Shown: positions 19,012 through 27,203 of the stretch, one piece after another
Layout of the letters: the number at the start of each line of letters is the position of its first letter
Position numbering within the stretch: position 1 is the first letter of the stretch
Assembly (NCBI GenBank): GCA_013696105.1
Contig: JACCZE010000434.1
Coordinates: 1 to 59,115 of the forward strand
Direction: 5' to 3'
Length of the DNA stretch: 59,115 nt
From: Planctomycetota bacterium
GTDB taxonomy: Bacteria; Planctomycetota; UBA11346
Made by a program: the position numbers and the translations under genes
The notes under the pieces: generated by a model
Database searches by the model: none
What the model saw: the letters and a program-made list of their open reading frames with translations, nothing else
What the model was told of the DNA's origin: nothing

Positions 19012-21048
19012 TTACTTCCGCCCGGCCGCCTTTGCCGCGGCCGCGTCCAGGCACAGGACCAAGGAACGGGTCACGACCACCAATCCGGGTCCATCCTTCC
19101 AGGAACGTAGGCGTTCCGGCTGGAAGCCGGTCTTGGCCGCATCCCATTCGAGCGACGGTCCATTGGGAACCGCATAGCGCCAGCGATCGACCTGCCAGGG
19201 TCCTGGCGGCAACGCTTCGGTCGGCGAGGACGGAGGTTCGGAAACCGTGGTGGCCGTCGCGGTGACGATCGCCGAGCAGGGATTGAGGCTATCATCCACC
19301 GTCATCAGGTCGTCCTTCCCTGCCGAGCGGCCGAAACCGCTTCCGCGAACCGGTTCGGCGATCTCGGTGAACTCGCCACGCTTGCGTCCGGACACGCAGA
19401 GCCGTCCATCGAGACCGAGGATGATCAGAGACTTCCCCGTGGTCCATGCATCTCGCGCCGACAACCGACGGGTGATGCTCGGATCCCTCGGACCGCTCTT
19501 GGGAAAGACCCGCGCGTGCTGGTGGAAATAGCCTCCCAGCGGCCATTCGATCCAGGGACACGGATGCTCCTTCAATGGGCCGCGCTGGGCGATGCGGCCA
19601 TCATCGCCGAAGCGCATCCATTCACGCGCATTCGAGGCGTAGAGCCCGTCATGGTGCGGATCGACGCTCCAGATCACATGGCCTGGCGGCATCTCGAGCG
19701 GCACCGACGAGCGCGCCAGAGGGTCGACGGACAATCGCAACAGACGCGCGGGCGGGGCCTGTCTGACCGCATAACCTCGATCCAAGACCAGGACATCGCC
19801 GGAACTGGCCCCCACCACCGCACCAGCATCATCGATCAGCGTGATGGCGTCGTTCTCGAATGCGACGTTGGCCCCACGTCGGTTCCATGCCACCCAGTTC
19901 ACCGCCTGGTCGAAGGTCGCGATCGGCGATTCGGTCGGCACCTCGCCGTCGAGATCGATGCGCGAGACGTCCCGATCGCTCCATCGGCCGAGCGATGCCG
20001 GTCGATTCGGCAGACGGATTCCGGAATCAAGCCCCCGGTACGTGCGCTCGGCGGCCCCGAGCGATCCGATGGCGATATCTTCCCAGGAGAAGACCAGCGT
20101 CGATTTCGGTTGCCATCCCGCCACGCCCGAACTCGGAGCATTTCCGGCGATCGCGATCGCGAGCCACCTGCCGACCGAGTGCACCTTGGATTCCGCACCG
20201 ATGTTCGCCGGCCACCCGGTGTTCACGAGGTCGCCGTTGCGCCCAATCACCAGCAGTTCGCCAGTCGTCGCGACCGCAGCCAGGAATCCGTGCGAACACG
20301 CAGGAACACCGACCGCGGTGCGCCGGTCCCGGAGCACCAGTGTACGCTTTCCCTGTTCCCCTGGTTCGGTGACCACCCAGGAGCCTCCTGGTCCGACCGC
20401 CTCGACGCGGTTCAGATCGGCCATCGTGCGGCTCCCCTGTGCGGTGACGACCACGACCCCATCATCCCTGGGCCCATCGCTGAATCCGACCGCCACTGCG
20501 GATCCATCGTCAGCGACTGCCACATTCCCGGCACGACCGCGTGCGAGCGGAAATCCACCCGAGAAGTCCACTGCGGTCCCAGTTGCCGTCGCAACGACGC
20601 GGATACGCCAGGTCTGCGGACGATTGTCCTTGGTCTCATCGGGATCGAGCGCGGCGACGAAGCCGCCATCAGGAGATATCGCCGAATTATTCGCCATGAA
20701 TCCGAAGCGGATCGAGGGCGCCAGCGGATACCCTTCGGGGGCGAAGCGGTGGACGCCGGCCCCGGTCACGACGATGACCTCGCGGCCGGTATCGTACAGC
20801 TTCTCGATCGTGTGCGGGCAGGCGAAGATCGGATCGCCCAGGATCTCGACCCCGGCCCAACTGGGTGGAGGCCGCACGTCGAGCCCCTTGGATTTCGCGT
20901 AGGCGCTTATCTGGAGTGCCGACCACACGTCGTTGGCCTGCAGACACCGCGATTGGATCTGTCGCAGGTCCTTGACCGACGGACCGACGGGTGCCGCCTC
21001 GCCAGCACTCAAGACCAGGGAAAATGCCAACAGGCTCAGCCAACGCAT
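19012..21048 (-). CDS. Large secreted hypothetical protein
   Basis: Track ORF 19012..21078 (GTG start). The ATG at 21048 gives the clean signal peptide MRWLSLLAFSLVLSAGEA. The sequence is beta-rich and repetitive in character, and I recognised no family. Confidence 0.6.
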   Translation of the reverse strand: MRWLSLLAFSLVLSAGEAAPVGPSVKDLRQIQSRCLQANDVWSALQISAYAKSKGLDVRPPPSWAGVEILGDPIFACPHTIEKLYDTGREVIVVTGAGVHRFAPEGYPLAPSIRFGFMANNSAISPDGGFVAALDPDETKDNRPQTWRIRVVATATGTAVDFSGGFPLARGRAGNVAVADDGSAVAVGFSDGPRDDGVVVVTAQGSRTMADLNRVEAVGPGGSWVVTEPGEQGKRTLVLRDRRTAVGVPACSHGFLAAVATTGELLVIGRNGDLVNTGWPANIGAESKVHSVGRWLAIAIAGNAPSSGVAGWQPKSTLVFSWEDIAIGSLGAAERTYRGLDSGIRLPNRPASLGRWSDRDVSRIDLDGEVPTESPIATFDQAVNWVAWNRRGANVAFENDAITLIDDAGAVVGASSGDVLVLDRGYAVRQAPPARLLRLSVDPLARSSVPLEMPPGHVIWSVDPHHDGLYASNAREWMRFGDDGRIAQRGPLKEHPCPWIEWPLGGYFHQHARVFPKSGPRDPSITRRLSARDAWTTGKSLIILGLDGRLCVSGRKRGEFTEIAEPVRGSGFGRSAGKDDLMTVDDSLNPCSAIVTATATTVSEPPSSPTEALPPGPWQVDRWRYAVPNGPSLEWDAAKTGFQPERLRSWKDGPGLVVVTRSLVLCLDAAAAKAAGRK

Positions 21049-21080
21049 GTTTCTGATCACGTTGAGATGATGAGACACGG

Positions 21081-21104
21081 CTAACTAAGTAAATAGTTTT
21101 AAAC
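21081..21104. promoter_or_regulatory. AT-rich island, candidate divergent promoter region
   Basis: CTAACTAAGTAAATAGTTTTAAAC stands out against the GC-rich background. It lies between the - strand secreted-protein gene and the + strand small ORF at 21168. Confidence 0.3.
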
Positions 21105-21167
21105 GCTCCCGGGCTCCCGCTGCGAGCGGTTGTGTGGTATGCTTCCGGGTCGCCTTGCGGAGGTTGC

Positions 21168-21392
21168 ATGGAAAAATCGCCAACGACTCGGCGGATCAAA
21201 GCCAACGATCAGGATCTGGTCATGGTGCGACTGCGCGAGCAGGCGACGCAGATAGCCAGCGAGATCAAAGCGATGTCGGCGCTGCCGGTGAACGCAGAAC
21301 GCACGGCTCTGCGCGTCGCGCTGGAGAGCAAGCTCTCGGTCATCCGCCGCGAGATGATGAATGCGATGAGCAAGACCAACAAATTGGCGTGA
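21168..21392 (+). CDS. Small coiled-coil-like hypothetical protein (74 aa)
   Basis: Internal ATG of track ORF 21132..21392 (MEKSPTTRR...). A GGAGG SD sits at 21159-21163, 4 nt before the ATG. Confidence 0.5.
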   Translation: MEKSPTTRRIKANDQDLVMVRLREQATQIASEIKAMSALPVNAERTALRVALESKLSVIRREMMNAMSKTNKLA

Positions 21393-21596
21393 AATCCTGC
21401 GGATCCGCGTGCACGGCGATCCATCCCGCGCGCACGGATGCCCTGATAACGACGAGGATCCTGCTCATTACCGCTTGGAATCCAGGGGGGCGCGGTACAT
21501 ATATCGTGCGCTTCATTCCCCTCGCGGTGAGTACCCGCTCGGTGTCCATGAGCGTCCAAATGGTCGGTCCACCGCCCTTTCCCATGCGAGGACGTC

Positions 21597-21851
21597 ATGT
21601 CGCTGAATCAGAAGAAGAGCCAAGGCATCATCTACCCGAGCATCGACGGGTTGGTGGGGATGATCCAGGCGGCGAAGAACGATCCCGCCGATGAGGAGAC
21701 CGCGCGCCTGCGCGAGATGTGCCGGCACAAGCTGCGCGCCTACAAAGTCGACGAGTACCTCAAGCGCTACACGACCACGGAAGAACAAGTGGCCGCCCGC
21801 GCACGGTGGGAGCTGGTGCACGAGTTCGCGCATCCGCAGGGTCGCGGCTGA
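21597..21851 (+). CDS. Small hypothetical protein (84 aa)
   Basis: Track ORF MSLNQKKSQGIIYPSIDGLVGMIQAAK... with a protein-like composition. I recognised no family. Confidence 0.45.
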   Translation: MSLNQKKSQGIIYPSIDGLVGMIQAAKNDPADEETARLREMCRHKLRAYKVDEYLKRYTTTEEQVAARARWELVHEFAHPQGRG

Positions 21852-21896
21852 TCCGGTTCCAGGATCTCCGTTCGTCGCTCATCCACTTAGCTCCAG

Positions 21897-24384
21897 TTAC
21901 CGCTTCGACAACGCCACCACGCGCCACTGCGCGAAGCGCTCCGTCGTCGGGTCTACCTCCACGCTGCGCTGCCACAGCGGAAGCGCGAGATAGGCGCGGT
22001 AATCTGCCAGGGCCTCGGTTCCACGCCCCGACAGTTCCTGACGGATCGCCCGGCAGATCAGCAGTTCGGCCCGTGCATGGAGCCCGTACGGCTGCGCGAG
22101 GAAGGCCGCCTCGTCGATGACGTCCGCGAGGTACGAGGCGCAATACCAGGGATGTTGCTCGTACACGTACCTGCAGCGCGAACGGGTATCCGCGCATGCG
22201 CGCGCCATCGCGCCGCGATCGCCGGAGAGTTCGCGCAGGAATGGCACAATCACGTAGTTGTTGAGCGTGAACCCTTCGCTCTGATGGAATTCGCAGCCGT
22301 CTGGAACAGCGAACATGTCTAAGGCGCGGGCCACGTCGCCCCCGATATACGCGTCCAGTCCAGCCGCGTCTCGGACCATCCCACCCCATGCCGCGCATCC
22401 CGTCCCAGATGCGGAAAGCGGCATCGGGATCCTTCGCCAGGTAATCGCACAACCCCTGCTTGAAGCGCGCTTCGTTGCCGATGGGTGCGAGCGGATGGGA
22501 GACCGCGACCCTGGCGTACTGCGCCGAAGCGGCGAGATAATCCTGCTTCAACAGGAAAGCGTCGCCGACCGCCGTCGCCGGCACCTTCTGGGCGATTCCC
22601 CGCGAGAACACCCGCACCTGATCGAAGGCGTGACCGCGCTGGTAGGAGTACAGCATCAGGTAGCCGCCCGAGAACGGGAACGGGTCGTCGTACGAGCAAA
22701 TGACCCTACCGTCGACGTACAAGCTGATGCGCCGTCCGACGATCTCCGCGCGCAGCCGGTAACGCGTGCCCACGACGGGAACGACCTCGCTATAGGACAG
22801 ATGGGACACTCCCGGACCGCAGATCGCGGAATACGCTCCGCCCGAGGCCCCGAACTGCAGCTTGTAGATGTTGGGGTCATGCTCGACCGACACGGTCTTC
22901 AATGTCGGTCGAGGTCCCGCGCCCAGAAGATCGACAAGTCTCCCAGGTGAGAGCCGTCGAGGATCTCGGCATCGAGTTCGACGGCGCAGTCTCCTTCGAA
23001 TCGCTGCCGGTAGATGAGCAGGGAGTCTTTCGGACTGGTGGAGACGGCCCGGCCGTCGCGGAATTCGAACGAGCCGTAATGGTCCTTCCAGCGCGTCGAC
23101 CAGGCCGCGTCATCGAATCCTTCGGTCATCACCGGCTGTCCCCAGGTGGCGATCTCCTTGATCTTCTCGCCATAGAGTGCCCCGAGCAGGGCCAGGTCGA
23201 CTGTGGAGGCCACCGCGCCGGTCTACACCGCCCGCTGGTTGCGGCGGTACCAGCGCACCAGCTTCTCGGCGATGGAATAACGGTGAGCAGAGGCCGCCAG
23301 CCCTGCCTGGTAGCGTTCGAGATCCTCGACCATCGCCTCGACGCTGGCGTAGCGTCGAGCCGGATCCGCGGCGAGCGCCTTCAAGGCCAGATCGATGAGC
23401 GCGGATGGAACGCGTTGGCGCTCCGCGTCCGTGGGCGGGTCGACCTCTCCTGCGCGTTTCCTGCGCCAGAATTCATCGGGGTCGTCGTGCCACATCGGAG
23501 GGCGCAACAGCAGGGCGTGGAACAGGGTCGCTCCCAGGCAGTAGACGTCCGAAAGGACGTCGGCCCGTTCGAGCCGGGCCTGCTCCGGGCTCATGTACAG
23601 CGGAGTCCCGTACAGCTTGATCCCGGCGGCGCCGATGCGGAAGGCGCTGCCCCAGTCGACCAGCAGGATCTCGCCGAAATCACCGAGCATGATGTTGTCC
23701 GGCTTCACGTCCTGGTGGACGATTCCCCGGTGGTGGGCATAGGCGAGCGCATGTCCGAGGCTGAGGAAGATCGACACCACCTGATTGAGCGACGCGATGC
23801 CCTCCGCGCGGGCCTCGGGGGTCGAGAGCGCGATCACCTCGCCCAACGACCGGCCATCGATCTTCTTCATGGTGAAGTAGAGATGGCCGCTGTCGTTGAC
23901 CTCGATCTCGTGGATCGGGAGAACGTTGGGGTGCTCGAGCGATGCGGTGATCTGCGCTTCGTCGATGAAGCGGTCGATGTCGTCCGATCCAGGAGATTGC
24001 GGCGCCTTCAGGAACTTGACGGCGATCTCGCGGGCGAGGTTGCGATCGGCGACCGAATAGACCTGGCCATTGGCACCGGCGGCCATTGGCACCGGCGCCG
24101 AGCATGCGCCGGACTTCGAAGCGTTCGGCGATCGGGCGAGCCGTCACCAGGCCGTGCTCCTGCAGACGCCTGGTGATGCTGACGCCACGAAGGCTATGCC
24201 CGGCATGATCGTCCGCTTGCTGGGCACGATCGGTCGCTGCGGTCTGCGCGGCATGCTCGCGGGCACCGGACGGGGAGAATGACCCGCTCGGAAGCGTCCG
24301 GGAGAGATCAGAGGTCCCAGGCGTCGAAGCGTCAGATCCGGTTGTCACCGCAGGAAGGATACCGATGATCGATGAGCTGTCCAA
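21897..24384 (-). pseudogene. Disrupted Ser/Thr protein kinase with TM segment, concanavalin/LamG-like domain and helical-repeat tail
   Basis: One coherent protein is recovered only by joining track ORFs 23680..24384, 23223..24092, 22899..23213, the first ~165 aa of 21760..22902, and 21897..22424. Kinase motifs present are LGAGANGQVY, AVKFLK, HRGIVHQDVKPDN, DWG and SPE. The lesions are a 16-bp duplication (24065-24096), an in-frame TAG (23223-23225), and frame changes at 22899-22902 and about 22376-22389. Confidence 0.75.
24065..24096. repeat. Perfect 16-bp tandem duplication (GGCCATTGGCACCGGC x2)
   Basis: Read directly: 24065-24080 equals 24081-24096. On the - strand it sits inside the codons for the kinase glycine loop. 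Removing one copy restores MLGAGANGQVYS in frame. Confidence 0.95.
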
Positions 24385-24628
24385 CCGGTGCGTGTGTCAA
24401 CCCAGGTGATCGGGCGGGCTGCCGAGACGTGGCGCCCGATCCTTCCTGCGCCATCATCGAAGACATGCGAACACGAAAAGCCGTCATCACCGCTGCGATC
24501 GCTCTCGCCTGGATGCTCTGCGCCAGCTGCAATGGGCCGCGGCCGCCCGGGCCTGGCCACCTGGTCCCCTCTCCGGGACACATCAAGCACCTCAAATAGT
24601 CCACTGTCGCGTACGGAATGCGCCGTTT

Positions 24629-25624
24629 CTATTGGCTCATCGCGGTGCTGCGCACGCGGAAACGAGCCGCGAAGGTCGCGAGGGTGAACGGAGATCCGGC
24701 GATTGCGGCTCCGTCGCGCACCAGATACATCCGATCGACGAAGCTGCTCAGGCTGAACGCCGGTACGGTGGGCGCGAAGTCCCAACGCCACGACAGTTGC
24801 GCGAAGCGGTCGAGGACGACGTCGTGGCCATCGATGGTATGATGCCAATGCGCATAGCCCTGCGCCGGGCTGGCGGCGTCGATGCCCAGAGCGTCTCCGG
24901 ATATGATGATATCGACCTGCCGATGATTGATCGTCGGCGAGGTGCTGACGCGCGTCACCACCGTGCGCACCTGGCGCATTCCCCACACCGTCACGGCGAC
25001 CGGCACTCCACCGGGGGAGGACGCGCTGATCGCGAACGGAGTCGCAAGCGGGATGGTCGTGATCCCATCGAGATCGAGGGTCCAATTGTCGGCGGACCCT
25101 GCGTAGGAATAATTCGAATTCAAATCGTGGACGAGGGTGCCCGAAGCGATGGTCGCGATCACCCCGGAGGTCGGATCGACGTAGCGCACCGGGCCGGCAT
25201 CGAAGGCGATGGTCACGGTCGAGGTGCCCATCTGGTTGCTCGCCAGCGGCCAGCTGCTCACCACGGCTCCGGTCGAGGAGACATGGAACTGGCCGGTCGA
25301 GTTCGGATACAGGATGTTGCCGCCGACATCGGTCAGCGTGGCGAAATCGACGAGGTAGGCAGTGCCAGGCGTGATGGCGCGCAGGTCGAGGCCCTTGGTC
25401 GAAGCTCCCGTGGTGCCGGTGACGGTGGTCGTCTGCAGCAGCAGTTCGTTCGCTGCGCCCACCGTCTGATTGAGGAGCGTGTCGGCAGCTGAAACACGTT
25501 GGATCTCGGCGGTGAGCGGATCCACCACGATCGAGTTCGATCCGCCGCTCGAGCCGCAACCGGCGGTCATGAGCGCGCACCAGGCGACACAGGAGAGGGC
25601 GATCGCGATTCTCGGCATGTCCAT
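24629..25624 (-). CDS. Lipoprotein, function unknown (331 aa)
   Basis: Track ORF 24629..25948, trimmed to MDMPRIAIALSCVAWCALMTAGCGSSGG (lipobox LMTAGC). The mature part is Thr/Ser/Gly-rich and beta-like. Confidence 0.65.
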   Translation of the reverse strand: MDMPRIAIALSCVAWCALMTAGCGSSGGSNSIVVDPLTAEIQRVSAADTLLNQTVGAANELLLQTTTVTGTTGASTKGLDLRAITPGTAYLVDFATLTDVGGNILYPNSTGQFHVSSTGAVVSSWPLASNQMGTSTVTIAFDAGPVRYVDPTSGVIATIASGTLVHDLNSNYSYAGSADNWTLDLDGITTIPLATPFAISASSPGGVPVAVTVWGMRQVRTVVTRVSTSPTINHRQVDIIISGDALGIDAASPAQGYAHWHHTIDGHDVVLDRFAQLSWRWDFAPTVPAFSLSSFVDRMYLVRDGAAIAGSPFTLATFAARFRVRSTAMSQ

Positions 25625-25790
25625 CCTCGTGACGCACACCGTAAGTTTCCACAGGCCGAAGGAAGCCCCACTCGTGGAGTGGCTGGGAAGCCTACGAGCA
25701 CGGAGTGCTCGCACCGTCCCCGAAACGCCTCGAAACGGCTTGCTTCGGGCCCGCGATCGCTTGACCTGCGCAGTCCCACTGGAGTTTCCG

Positions 25791-26183
25791 ATGCCGCGTC
25801 TCGTCAACACCGTCCACGGCATCCTCCGCATCCGCCGCATCCGTATCATCCGCATCGCGCTCGGCCTGCTGCTCGCGGTCTCTGCGTCCTCGGTCGAAGG
25901 CGACGATGGTTGGAAGCGATCCGGCGGAGAGACGCTCTCTTTGGACAAGGCGCCTCACGCGGTCCAGGAGCGGGTCGCGAAGGAATCCAAGGGCGGAGAG
26001 ATGACCGGCTTCGCCAAGGTCATCGAGGACAAGAAGACGGTGTACATCGTCGATATCCTGATGAATGGCAAGACCTCCAAGCTCACCATCAGCGAAGGCG
26101 GCAAGCTCATCAAGAGCGAGGAGGTGGGCAAGAAGGACGGCGTTGACGGCAAGGCGGGCAAGCTCGGCGGCGGAAAGCGCTGA
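25791..26183 (+). CDS. Secreted PepSY-like small protein
   Basis: C-terminal 130 aa of track ORF 25470..26183, from MPRLVNTVHG. It has an Arg-rich n-region plus a hydrophobic signal. APHAVQERVAKESKGGEMTGFAKVIEDKKTVYIVDILMNGKTSKLTISEGGKLIKSEEV resembles PepSY-like inhibitor-fold domains. The tail is Lys/Gly-rich. Confidence 0.5.
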   Translation: MPRLVNTVHGILRIRRIRIIRIALGLLLAVSASSVEGDDGWKRSGGETLSLDKAPHAVQERVAKESKGGEMTGFAKVIEDKKTVYIVDILMNGKTSKLTISEGGKLIKSEEVGKKDGVDGKAGKLGGGKR

Positions 26184-26215
26184 GGCCCCCTCGGTGAGGC
26201 CCCCTCGGTGAGGCG
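26181..26215. repeat. 14-bp tandem repeat x2.5 (TGAGGCCCCCTCGG)
   Basis: 26181-26194 equals 26195-26208, followed by the partial copy TGAGGCG. The first copy begins with the TGA stop of the PepSY-like gene. The repeat lies between convergent genes. Confidence 0.9.
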
Positions 26216-26222
26216 ATGCGAA

Positions 26223-27122
26223 TCAGCTGGTCGGGGGGCGCGCCCGTGCTGATCGCTTCGCCCGTGCCGGCGGCCCGGCGCTGCGGAAGGACCGCGGGGT
26301 GCATCCGACGACTCGGGTGAAGAGTCGTGAGAAATAATTGGCATCGTCCACGCCGACTCTTTTCGCGATGTCCGCGATCGCGAGATCGCTGGATGAGAGC
26401 AACTCGCGTGCCGCATCCATGCGCCGTCGGATCAGGTGCTGCGCAACCGACATACCGAACAGGGCGCGAAAGCTGCGCTGGAGCGTGCTGCGCGAGACCC
26501 CGCCGATGGCGCACAGCCGATCGATCGCGACCGGGCGGTGCAGGTGCGAATCGATGTGGGACAGCACGCCCCCGAGCCTGACCGCCGTTCGCGCGGCCGG
26601 ATCCTGTTGCGTAGCGTAGAGGCGAGCCAAGCGAATCAGGATCTGCAGCAGCCACGCGGCGGCGGACTGCTCCCAGCCCGCCGCCCGCTCGCGTAGTTCG
26701 CGATGCAGCTCGTCGACGACTCCTTCGAGCCAGGAGAGCCGGCGCTCGTCCACCCGCAGATGCCCGGCGAAATCCTGGTGCCGGCGCAGCCGCGGCTCGA
26801 CGCTGAAGAGCGCGTGGTAGCCCGGCAGCGCCGCCAGCCGGCGCACGGGCAGTTCGAGCCGGCTCGGGTCGTAGACGACGTTGATCAGGCGCAGCGACTC
26901 CGTGGCTCCATAGCCGTGCGCCATATCCACGGGCACCACGAACACGTCGCCCCGCGCCAGCGGATAGCGCCCGTCCCGCGTGAGGTGGAGGCCGGCGCCG
27001 CCGGTGACGATGACCAGTTCGAGGTTGTCGTGGCGGTGGAGTGCGAGGTCGTCCTGCGGCAGCATCCGGCCCACGCCGATGGGGAAGGAGCCGGCAGCGA
27101 TGAGGTTGTTGGTGCCGACCAT
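26223..27122 (-). CDS. AraC-family transcriptional regulator with N-terminal cupin sensor
   Basis: Track ORF of 299 aa. The cupin-like region reads HRHDNLELVIVTGGAG. The C-terminal double HTH reads LCAIGGVSRSTLQRSFRALFGMS...IADIAKRVGVDDANYFSRLF. It is divergent from the GH78 gene. Confidence 0.85.
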   Translation of the reverse strand: MVGTNNLIAAGSFPIGVGRMLPQDDLALHRHDNLELVIVTGGAGLHLTRDGRYPLARGDVFVVPVDMAHGYGATESLRLINVVYDPSRLELPVRRLAALPGYHALFSVEPRLRRHQDFAGHLRVDERRLSWLEGVVDELHRELRERAAGWEQSAAAWLLQILIRLARLYATQQDPAARTAVRLGGVLSHIDSHLHRPVAIDRLCAIGGVSRSTLQRSFRALFGMSVAQHLIRRRMDAARELLSSSDLAIADIAKRVGVDDANYFSRLFTRVVGCTPRSFRSAGPPARAKRSARARPPTS

Positions 27123-27203
27123 GACCCGTTCGTGCTATTTCGTCGCGATCGGTGGCGCCAAAGTCAAGGCCGCCGGCGTACGCTCGGGGCATCGGAGCCC
27201 ACC

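Noticed and set aside
24465-24599. A 44-aa + strand ORF (MRTRKAVITAAIALAWMLCASCNGPRPPGPGH...) between two - strand genes, as a small secreted peptide.
   Set aside because: It has a signal-like N-terminus and a GC-rich codon choice. However, it has no SD, it is antisense to the region just upstream of the kinase pseudogene (24385-24628), and it cannot be tested for conservation here. The evidence is too weak to call.
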